DNA of 28,452 bases from an uncultured Lachnospiraceae bacterium (GTDB taxonomy: Bacteria; Bacillota; Clostridia; Lachnospirales; Lachnospiraceae): NCBI GenBank assembly GCA_905236585.1, contig CAJOQZ010000010.1, positions 1 through 28,452 of the forward strand, given 5' to 3'. A program made the translations under genes and the position numbers. Below the pieces are notes generated by a model. It had not been told where the DNA came from. It ran no database searches and was given only the letters and a program-made list of their open reading frames with translations. The first letter of the stretch is position 1. Each line of letters opens with the position of its first letter. Below, piece by piece: positions 16,478 through 24,216 of the stretch.

Positions 16478-18685
16478 TTACAGATGCAATACCCGGTCCT
16501 TGATCTCCTGGGTGCGCCCCTGATTCCAAAACTGGGTGCCGATATAGCCGCAGGTGCGCCGCGCCACGGACATCTTGGACTGGTCGCGGTTGCCGCAGTT
16601 CGGGCATTCCCAGATCAGTTTGCTGCTGTTGTCCTCGACAATGCTAATCTCGCCGTCATAACCGCAGACCTCACAGAAATCGCTCTTCGTATTCAGTTCC
16701 GCGTACATGATGTTGTCGTAGATAAAACGCATCACCGACAGCACCGCCGGAATATTCTGCTGCATATTCGGCACTTCGACGTAGGAGATCGCACCGCCCG
16801 GAGAGAGTTTCTGGAACTCCGATTCGAATTTTAATTTTTCAAATGCGTCAATCTCTTCCGTAACATGGACGTGGTAACTGTTCGTGATGTAATTCTTGTC
16901 CGTCACACCCGGAATGATGCCGAATCGCTTCTGAAGACATTTTGCGAATTTATAAGTCGTAGACTCCATCGGCGTACCGTAGACCGAATAACTGATATGC
17001 TCCGCCTCTTTCCACTGTGCGCACTTGTCGTTAAGCCGCTGCATGACTTTAAGCGCGAACTCTTTTCCCATTGGGTCGGTATGGCTGACGCCGAGCATCC
17101 GGTGGCACATCTCGGACAGTCCCGCATAGCCTAAGGAAATCGTCGAATAACCGTTATACAAAAGCGGATCGATCTTCTGCCCTTTTTCCAAACGCGCCAG
17201 TGCGCCGTGCTGCCAAAGGATCGGCGCCACATCGGAAACCGTCCCCAACAGGCGCTCATGGCGGCACCGCAGCGCACGGTGGCAAAGTTCCAAACGCTCT
17301 TCCAAAATCTTCCAGAATTTATCCATGTCCCCGTACGCGGAACACGCCACGTCAACCAGATTGATCGTTACCACGCCCTGATTGAAACGTCCATAAAACT
17401 TGTAACTGCCGTCCGGGTTCTTTTGCGTTTCCTCTACAGTAAGGAACGACCGGCACCCCATGCAGGTATAGACGTTGTTCTTTTTCAACTCCCGCTGGAT
17501 TTTCGCGGAAATATAATCCGGCACCATCCGCTTCGCGGTGCATTTCGCGGCAAGTTCCGTCAGATAGTAGTAGGGCGTACCCTCGTCAATGTTGTCCTCA
17601 TCCAACACATAGATCAATTTTGGAAACGCCGGTGTCACCCAAACGCCCTTTTCATTTTTGACGCCCTGCATCCTCTGCAGCAGAACCTCTTCGATAATCA
17701 TAGCCAGATCGTCCCGAATCTGTCCTTCCGGCACTTCGTCAAGGTACATGAATACCGTAACGAACGGCGCTTGGCCGTTGCACGTCATCAGGGTGATGAG
17801 CTGGTACTGGATCGTCTGGATGCCGCTCTTGATCTCGGAAGCAAGACGCTTTTCGACGATCTTGTCAATGATTGCATCATCTAAAGGCTCTCCGCAGTCG
17901 GTACGCTCCTCGATCACCTGCTTTCGGATCTTTTTCCGGCTGACATCAACGAACGGCGCTAAGTGCGCCAGCGAAAACGACTGACCACCGTACTGGTTCG
18001 ACGCCACCTGCGCGACGATCTGCGTCGTCACGTTGCAAGCCGTAAAGAAACTGTGCGGACGTTCGATCATCGCCTCGGAGATCACCGTTCCGTTGTTCAA
18101 CATATCCGCCAAGTTGATCAGGTCGCAGTTATGTTCGCGCTGCGCGTAATAATCGGAATCGTGAAAATGAATGATTCCCTCTTCGTGCGCCTTGATAATA
18201 TCCTCGGGAAGAAGGACGCGACGCGTCAAATCCTTCGACACTTCGCCCGCCATGTAATCGCGCTGTGTGGAATTGATGACCGGATTCTTGTTCGAATTTT
18301 CCTGCTTGACTTCTTCGTTTAACTGGTTAATAAGCGCTAAGATTCCGTTGTCCGTCGTGTTGGACTTCCGGGAAAGTTCCCTTTTGTAGCGGTAGCGTAC
18401 ATACTTCTGCGCGACCTCATAGCAGCGCATCTCCATGATCCCGGTCTCCACCATGTCCTGAATGTCCTCGACATTGACCGCATGCGAATAATCCGCCACC
18501 TGCTTCGCGATCTTATCCGCAACTGCACGGATCTGGTATTTGTTCATCCGGTGGATGTCCGCGACCTCTTTATTTGCCGCTTCGATCGCGCCGATGATCT
18601 TCTCTTCGTGAAAATCGACTTCCTGCCCGTTGCGTTTGATAACGTTTGTCTTAACGATGACGTCCTGTGCATCCATTGCGCCCAT
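16478..18685 (-). CDS. nrdD: Class III anaerobic ribonucleoside-triphosphate reductase
   Basis: N-terminal ATP cone (VIKRNG), MGCRSFL, GRFNQGVVTINL, CxxC...CxxC, RRTCGY glycyl-radical loop. Start at MGAMD (18685) after AGGGAGG. Confidence 0.97.
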   Translation of the reverse strand: MGAMDAQDVIVKTNVIKRNGQEVDFHEEKIIGAIEAANKEVADIHRMNKYQIRAVADKIAKQVADYSHAVNVEDIQDMVETGIMEMRCYEVAQKYVRYRYKRELSRKSNTTDNGILALINQLNEEVKQENSNKNPVINSTQRDYMAGEVSKDLTRRVLLPEDIIKAHEEGIIHFHDSDYYAQREHNCDLINLADMLNNGTVISEAMIERPHSFFTACNVTTQIVAQVASNQYGGQSFSLAHLAPFVDVSRKKIRKQVIEERTDCGEPLDDAIIDKIVEKRLASEIKSGIQTIQYQLITLMTCNGQAPFVTVFMYLDEVPEGQIRDDLAMIIEEVLLQRMQGVKNEKGVWVTPAFPKLIYVLDEDNIDEGTPYYYLTELAAKCTAKRMVPDYISAKIQRELKKNNVYTCMGCRSFLTVEETQKNPDGSYKFYGRFNQGVVTINLVDVACSAYGDMDKFWKILEERLELCHRALRCRHERLLGTVSDVAPILWQHGALARLEKGQKIDPLLYNGYSTISLGYAGLSEMCHRMLGVSHTDPMGKEFALKVMQRLNDKCAQWKEAEHISYSVYGTPMESTTYKFAKCLQKRFGIIPGVTDKNYITNSYHVHVTEEIDAFEKLKFESEFQKLSPGGAISYVEVPNMQQNIPAVLSVMRFIYDNIMYAELNTKSDFCEVCGYDGEISIVEDNSSKLIWECPNCGNRDQSKMSVARRTCGYIGTQFWNQGRTQEIKDRVLHL

Positions 18686-18747
18686 GTGTTCCTCCCTTTT
18701 TTTCCGATGCCCCCTTGGGCAGATATGCGTATTAAAAGTCCTTTTAA

Positions 18748-18844
18748 CCACTATATCTTGTATAATTATACAAAATATAGTTTTGTTTTACCATTCTATC
18801 TACAATATCTTGTGTTTGTATGAATAATATACTACATACTGTGG
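18748..18844. promoter_or_regulatory. NrdR boxes upstream of nrdD
   Basis: CCACTATATCTTGTAT (18748-63), ATACAAAATATAGTTT (18768-83), CTACAATATCTTGTGT (18800-15) and weaker ATACTACATACTGTGG (18829-44) match acaCwAtATaTwGtgt. Confidence 0.8.
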
Positions 18845-18888
18845 AAAAAGGAAAGAGGTTTTTGAAAATTCTTGTCTTGGCGAAAACT

Positions 18889-18917
18889 TTGTCTCCTCGT
18901 CGTTAATGTGATATAAT
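18889..18917 (+). promoter_or_regulatory. Sigma-A promoter of the two-component operon
   Basis: TTGTCT, 17 bp, TG-A-TATAAT (extended -10). Confidence 0.7.
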
Positions 18918-18951
18918 CCTTTATATCATTTCGCAAAGAAGGAGTCCGCTC

Positions 18952-19632
18952 ATGCGTATTTTATTAGCCGAAGACGAACGGGAAATGTCAAACGCGCTTG
19001 TCGCGATATTGAAAAACAGCCATTACAGCGTAGATGCCGTATATAACGGCGAGGATGCTTATGACTATCTCGACACCGGGCTGTATGACGCGGCGATCCT
19101 CGACATCATGATGCCGAAAATGGACGGCATCACCGTATTAAAGAAAATCCGCGCCGCCGGAAACGACGTTCCGATCCTGATGCTGACGGCAAAATCCGAG
19201 ATCGACGACAAAGTGACCGGACTCGATGCTGGAGCGGATGATTACCTGACGAAGCCCTTCGCCATGAAGGAACTGCTGGCACGTCTGCGTGCGATCAGCC
19301 GCCGCCAAGGCGAAGTCGCCGACATTGAACTTTCCTTTTCCAACATCCGGCTAAACTGCTCCACCTATACGCTATCGTCCGACGGCGGGAGCTTAAGGCT
19401 TGCCAACAAGGAATTTCAAATGCTGGAAATGCTTATGAAAAACCCGGGGCAGATCATCTCCCCGGATCAGTTCATGGACAAAATCTGGGGCTATGACAGC
19501 GACACGGAAAGCAACGTCGTATGGGTCTACATCTCCTATCTTCGCAAAAAATTGACGCAGGTCGACGCAAACGTCGCCATCCGCGCCGCCCGGGGAATCG
19601 GGTACCGTCTGGAGGAAAAGGCGAATGATTAA
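18952..19632 (+). CDS. OmpR/PhoB-family response regulator
   Basis: LAEDE, LDIMMP phospho-acceptor Asp, LTAK, KPF, winged-helix end RGIGY. Confidence 0.95.
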   Translation: MRILLAEDEREMSNALVAILKNSHYSVDAVYNGEDAYDYLDTGLYDAAILDIMMPKMDGITVLKKIRAAGNDVPILMLTAKSEIDDKVTGLDAGADDYLTKPFAMKELLARLRAISRRQGEVADIELSFSNIRLNCSTYTLSSDGGSLRLANKEFQMLEMLMKNPGQIISPDQFMDKIWGYDSDTESNVVWVYISYLRKKLTQVDANVAIRAARGIGYRLEEKAND

Positions 19633-20983
19633 AACGCTCCGTTACAAATTCATTGCCGTAACCATGCTTTCAGTCGTCCTCGTGCTGATCGTTCTGATGG
19701 GCGGAATCAACTTCGCCAATTACCGCAACGTCAGCCGCAATCTGGATCTGCGGCTGGATCTTCTCGAAGAAAGCGGCGGTGACCTTGCATCCCGCAGGAA
19801 CGAACGCATCCCGCGCAACGAGCAAAACGGCATAGAATCGGAAGCACAGACTCCCCCCGAAAAACCTTCCCCGGACAGTGAGCCTCCTGCTTTCGATAAG
19901 CCGCCGACTTCCCGCAATGATAATCCGTTCGCTTTCCGTAACGAACTGTCCGTGGAGTCTCTTTTTGATACGCGCTACTTTACGGTTTCCGTCGCCAAAG
20001 ACGGCAGCATTTCCTCGGTCAACGCCGACAACATTGCCACCGCGTCCGAAGCGCAGGCAGCCGACCTCGCCCTCGCATTGTATGAAAAAGGCCGCACATC
20101 CGGCTACATCAAAGAATATAAATTCCGAGCGGTTCCCACCGTGTGCGAAGACGGCACCGCCGTTACCATGTACATCTTTTTGAATGCGTCACGAGAACTT
20201 AATTCATTCTATAATTTTTTACAAATATCCTTATTCGTCAGTATCCTCGGAACCGTGCTGATCTTCCTTCTCGTTTTTATCCTGTCAAAAATCGTCATCC
20301 GCCCGGTTGCGGAAAGTTACGAAAAACAAAAGCGTTTCATCACGGATGCCAGCCACGAGATCAAGACGCCGCTTGCCATCATTGAGGCAAATACCGAGGT
20401 GGTCGAAATGGAAGCCGGGGAAAGCGAGTGGACAAAAAGCATCCGCCACCAGATCGCCCGCTTGTCTTCGCTGACGGAAAAACTCGTCTTCCTTTCCCGC
20501 ATGGACGAAGAAGGCACATCCCTTACCGTCACGAAATTCAACCTTTCCGATGCCGTATCCGATACGGCGGAAGGCTTTATGGGCGTCGCGCTTTCTTCGG
20601 GCAAACGGCTGTCCCTATCCATCACGCCGCGCCTTTCCTATTCCGGCGACAAGGCAATGCTTACGCAGCTTATTTCCCTGCTATTGGACAACGCCTTAAA
20701 ATACGCCGCCCCGGAGAGTGAAATCCGGCTGGTTTTAGAGCCGTACCGCAAAGGAAAGCGTACGGTGCGTCTGATACAGGAAAATGCGGTGGAAGAAATA
20801 GAAAAAGGAAACTTGGATGTTCTGTTCGAACGGTTCTACCGGAGCGATCCGTCCCGCAATTCAAGAACCGGCGGGCACGGAATCGGGCTGTCCGTCGCGG
20901 CGGCGATCGTCCGCGCCCACGGCGGCTCGATCCACGCAAAAAGCGACGACGGAAAATCCATCCGTTTCACGATTCACTTATAA
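19625..20983 (+). CDS. Class I sensor histidine kinase (intact)
   Basis: Two TM helices, H-box DASHEIKTPL, N box LDNALKY, FERFYR, GHGIGL; overlaps the response regulator stop. Confidence 0.95.
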   Translation: MIKTLRYKFIAVTMLSVVLVLIVLMGGINFANYRNVSRNLDLRLDLLEESGGDLASRRNERIPRNEQNGIESEAQTPPEKPSPDSEPPAFDKPPTSRNDNPFAFRNELSVESLFDTRYFTVSVAKDGSISSVNADNIATASEAQAADLALALYEKGRTSGYIKEYKFRAVPTVCEDGTAVTMYIFLNASRELNSFYNFLQISLFVSILGTVLIFLLVFILSKIVIRPVAESYEKQKRFITDASHEIKTPLAIIEANTEVVEMEAGESEWTKSIRHQIARLSSLTEKLVFLSRMDEEGTSLTVTKFNLSDAVSDTAEGFMGVALSSGKRLSLSITPRLSYSGDKAMLTQLISLLLDNALKYAAPESEIRLVLEPYRKGKRTVRLIQENAVEEIEKGNLDVLFERFYRSDPSRNSRTGGHGIGLSVAAAIVRAHGGSIHAKSDDGKSIRFTIHL

Positions 20984-20998
20984 CATTTCAAAGTCATG

Positions 20999-21889
20999 TT
21001 AGAGCAGGTCCTCTTTATGCCCGGCATATACGTCCTGCATCATTCGAATAAAATCCAATACATTCTGTCGTTTTTCCGTCGACCCCGTCAGCAGAACGCA
21101 GCGAAGCGTTTCTTTGCAATCGTACGGAATCCACACAAGTTCCCCGTTGTGATCGTTCACGAACCCCGGTGCAAACGCTACTGCCGAATGCGAGGCGACC
21201 GTGTGCAGAATCGTCTGAACATCCGCCACGAGAAAATACGCATTGTGATAGGAGCCGATGATATCCCGCAGCACATGATGCGCTGCGTTCGGATACTTTG
21301 TATTCGTCGTAACCAGCCGCCGATCCTTGATATCTTCTCCACGGATGATCTTTTTTTGGACAAGCGGATCATCTTTTGCAAAACCGCAGCACAACCGGCT
21401 TTCAAATAAAGGATACTCTTTTACGCCGCTCATCCGCCGCGCATTTTCCAAAATGGAAAACTCGATATCCCATTCTAATTTCTCCTGCGGCTGCATCTGC
21501 AGCGATTTGTTAAAATAAGGGGTGACCGGCGATTCCGGATGCATTTTTCGAAACCGATCCACCGCCTCCGGCAGATAATAAAGCGCCGAGCGATACGGCA
21601 GTCCGACCGTTATGCCTTTGGAAAACGACGAGTCGTGCATCTGCCCCTGCCGCATCCCCTCTTCGAGCTGCTCCAAAACATTTTCCAAGACGATCACAAA
21701 CTGCGCACCCGCCGGCGTCATCGTTACGCCGCGCCCGGAGCGCTCAAAAAGCCGAAACCCGATTTCCTCCTCGACGGTTTTGATCTGGTAGGTAAGCGCA
21801 GGTTGGGATATGAAGAGGTTTTCCGCTGCGCGGTTGAAATTTTTCATTTTGGATAGTTCGAGGATATATTCCATCTGTTTTGTCGTCAT
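20999..21889 (-). CDS. LysR-family transcriptional regulator
   Basis: NFNRAAENLFISQPALTYQIKTVEEEIGFRLFER HTH. Start at MTTKQMEY (21889). Confidence 0.93.
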   Translation of the reverse strand: MTTKQMEYILELSKMKNFNRAAENLFISQPALTYQIKTVEEEIGFRLFERSGRGVTMTPAGAQFVIVLENVLEQLEEGMRQGQMHDSSFSKGITVGLPYRSALYYLPEAVDRFRKMHPESPVTPYFNKSLQMQPQEKLEWDIEFSILENARRMSGVKEYPLFESRLCCGFAKDDPLVQKKIIRGEDIKDRRLVTTNTKYPNAAHHVLRDIIGSYHNAYFLVADVQTILHTVASHSAVAFAPGFVNDHNGELVWIPYDCKETLRCVLLTGSTEKRQNVLDFIRMMQDVYAGHKEDLL

Positions 21890-21938
21890 AATCTCGTCCT
21901 GAATTCTTATCACAATCAAAAAGCGATGCCTTTAATTT

Positions 21939-22003
21939 GATAAAAATTATTTATCGGTTTATCAAGTAATTTTATTGGTTATTTTATCGTATCATGCTAT
22001 AAT
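21939..22003 (+). promoter_or_regulatory. LysR-type T-N11-A site and divergent extended -10 promoter
   Basis: GATAA-N7-TTATC (21939-21955; T21941-N11-A21953); TG-C-TATAAT at 21995-22003 with a poor -35. Confidence 0.6.
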
Positions 22004-22009
22004 GAATTT

Positions 22010-22082
22010 ACATAGGGGAATTTTTCTCTATCGTCCTCTATGTGTGAAAGCACTCTGATATCCCCAATCAGAGTGCTTTTTT
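22010..22082 (+). ncRNA. Candidate ~70-nt small RNA, or vestigial leader of a deleted LysR target gene
   Basis: Lies between the extended -10 and a plus-oriented terminator; internal hairpin ACATAGGGGA/TCCTCTATGT. Confidence 0.35.
22047..22082 (+). terminator. Rho-independent terminator (probably also used by the convergent TPR gene)
   Basis: AAAGCACTCTGAT-ATCCCCA-ATCAGAGTGCTTT, with a T6 tract on the plus strand and only T3 on the minus strand. Confidence 0.8.
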
Positions 22083-22115
22083 ATCCAAATATACCGCTTT
22101 CCTTGAAAGTATCTC

Positions 22116-23579
22116 TTATCCGTTTTGTTCTTCCGCCGGAGTTTCCGCTTCCCCTTCTGCGGTTCCTTCTTCGTCTTCCCTCTCTGCTGCCGGAACCGGC
22201 GCCGCAAGGTTCGTATCCGCTACGATCTTGTTGATCGAAGATCTTGCCGTCGAAGCGCGTCTGGTAGACGGATAACCGTCGATAAACGCCTGATAGTAAT
22301 CCAGCGCCTCACGGTATTTTTCCGCGTTCTCGCAGGACTGCGCCAAATAGAAAAGAGCGTTCCCCGTATCATATGCCGCATCCGCCTCCACGACCTGCGT
22401 AAGCAGTTCGACCGCCTTGGCATAGTCCTCGTCCTTCATCGCCGCAACGCCCGCCTCATAATTGTCAGCGGTAATCTGCGCATCCACGGAAGCCATCACA
22501 ATATCATACCGCGCCTGCCCGGAAGCGTCCAAAAGATCCCGGTTGATATCCCCCGACGTCCGCTTCGCCGTCTCCATATCGCCGCTTGCAATTGCTTCTT
22601 CTGTCGCAAGCAGTTCCTCATAGGATGTTTTGACGTCCGCTTTGCCGGTATATTCCTCCAGTTCCGCCGTAAGCGTCTCGACCTGTTTTTCCAGTGTCGC
22701 TACGTTGTTCTTGGAATTTGCCGCTTCTTCATTGGCATTTACGAGCGCACTTGCCGCATCCGAGTTCATCTCCTGCCGCATGGACGGCATAATTAAGAAC
22801 ACGCACGCCAGAACCCCTAAGAGAATCCCGACAAATACGTTGATGATGCCGCTTCCGGTACTGTCAAGAATATGAAACGCCGTCCCGCTCGGAACCGTAA
22901 CGTTTTCCGTCGATTCGGAAAAATCAATATTGTCCTGCCCCCGTCGGCGTCTGCGTTTGCCTTTCCCTTTCAGGGTCCGAAGCACATTCTGCATGTACTC
23001 CATCGTCATCGGATTGCTGTAATCAATCTTCGCCGCTGCGGTAAGGCTTTTTTTCGCCTCCGCGTATTTCCCGTCCTGCATGCACACCAGCGCCAGCAGT
23101 TGATGCGCCTTAACCATCTTCGGATCTGCCGACAAAACCCGCCGCAGTTGGATTCTTGCCAGATCGCGGCTGCCCTGTCTGCAATAGGAAAGCGCCTGGT
23201 TGAATTTGCGCGTGGTCTGATCCAGTTTTTTCAAGGTGCCGGATTTCTCCAGTTCTTCCAGATACGCGTCCGCGCCGTTGTCATCCGGCTGTAAATTTTT
23301 GCTGATGACCCATTCGCGCAGTGCCAGCACCGTCTCCCCGATTTCAAAAAAGCAAAGGCCGAGCAGATTCCGGGCGTTGGTATTGTATTTATTATATTTT
23401 AGACTTAAGTTTAAGACCTCGATCGCCCCGGACAGATCCCTGCCGTTCGCACGATGCACTCCGACATTATATGCCGCATCTGACGCAATCAGAATCCGCC
23501 GGTAAACCTGCTGCTGCGCACCGCAGAGCGGGCATCCGGTCGATTCGCCGATCTCCTCCCCGCAATAAAAACAACGCAA
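22116..23579 (-). CDS. Membrane-anchored TPR protein with N-terminal zinc ribbon
   Basis: TTG start; CFYC...CPLC; TPR helices (ARNLLGLCFFEIGE, AHQLLALVC); one TM (NVFVGILLGVLACVFLI); coiled coil; C-terminal TPR (ALFYLAQSC...YYQAFIDGYP). Confidence 0.85.
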   Translation of the reverse strand: MRCFYCGEEIGESTGCPLCGAQQQVYRRILIASDAAYNVGVHRANGRDLSGAIEVLNLSLKYNKYNTNARNLLGLCFFEIGETVLALREWVISKNLQPDDNGADAYLEELEKSGTLKKLDQTTRKFNQALSYCRQGSRDLARIQLRRVLSADPKMVKAHQLLALVCMQDGKYAEAKKSLTAAAKIDYSNPMTMEYMQNVLRTLKGKGKRRRRRGQDNIDFSESTENVTVPSGTAFHILDSTGSGIINVFVGILLGVLACVFLIMPSMRQEMNSDAASALVNANEEAANSKNNVATLEKQVETLTAELEEYTGKADVKTSYEELLATEEAIASGDMETAKRTSGDINRDLLDASGQARYDIVMASVDAQITADNYEAGVAAMKDEDYAKAVELLTQVVEADAAYDTGNALFYLAQSCENAEKYREALDYYQAFIDGYPSTRRASTARSSINKIVADTNLAAPVPAAEREDEEGTAEGEAETPAEEQNG

Positions 23580-23594
23580 TTTGCTACCTCGTTT

Positions 23595-23765
23595 TTACAT
23601 CCGCACCATGTCGGGTGCCGCCATCTGCTGTGTCATCTGCTGCTGGGTAACCTGCCGGATAATATCCACCATATCCGTCAGGTCTCTCTCATAAATCGTC
23701 GCCTCCGCCTCCTTCACTTCAGGGATCGGCTGAAACTTTTTTAATTCTTCCTCAAAATCAATCAT
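23595..23765 (-). CDS. Small hypothetical protein
   Basis: MIDFEEELKKFQP...; ATG 23765 after GGGGG; fills the cdd-TPR gap. Confidence 0.7.
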   Translation of the reverse strand: MIDFEEELKKFQPIPEVKEAEATIYERDLTDMVDIIRQVTQQQMTQQMAAPDMVRM

Positions 23766-23778
23766 TGAAAAACCCCCG

Positions 23779-24216
23779 TTAATCCAGCGAAAATGAAAGG
23801 GGCAGCAGCTCGCCGAGCGTGTACTCCTCGTAGCCGTCGCTTCTTCCAAGGTAAACCTTCATATCCTTGTCGCAAAACTCGCTCAGCACCTGCCGACATA
23901 CCCCGCATGGCGGACAGATCGAATCGATCTTGCCAAGCACGCCTCCGACGACCGCGATTGCCTTGAACTTCCGCTTTCCTTCATTGACCGCGGAAAAAAT
24001 CGCTGTCCGTTCCGCGCAGTTGGACGGCCCGTAGGACGCGTTTTCAATATTGCATCCCGTATAAATCGAGCCGTCTTCGCACAAAAGCGCCGCACCGACC
24101 TTGAACTTGGAATACGGCGCATACGCATTCTCCAATGCCGCCGTCGCCATCCGCACCAGAATGATCGGCACAATTACCGCATCCTTATCCATATCCACTT
24201 CTACTGTCTTACTCAT
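23779..24216 (-). CDS. cdd: Cytidine deaminase
   Basis: AYAPYSKFKVGAA, GCNIENASY, CAERTA, PCGVCRQ. Confidence 0.96.
   Translation of the reverse strand: MSKTVEVDMDKDAVIVPIILVRMATAALENAYAPYSKFKVGAALLCEDGSIYTGCNIENASYGPSNCAERTAIFSAVNEGKRKFKAIAVVGGVLGKIDSICPPCGVCRQVLSEFCDKDMKVYLGRSDGYEEYTLGELLPLSFSLD

Noticed and set aside
18952-20983. The OmpR/kinase pair as partner of the pseudokinases
   Set aside because: It is a complete, canonical, self-contained pair about 8 kb away; nothing in the sequence links them.
22002-22058. 18-aa ORF MNLHRGIFLYRPLCVKAL opposite LysR
   Set aside because: Its ATG overlaps the -10 box, so it would lie upstream of the predicted start site, and it has no SD.
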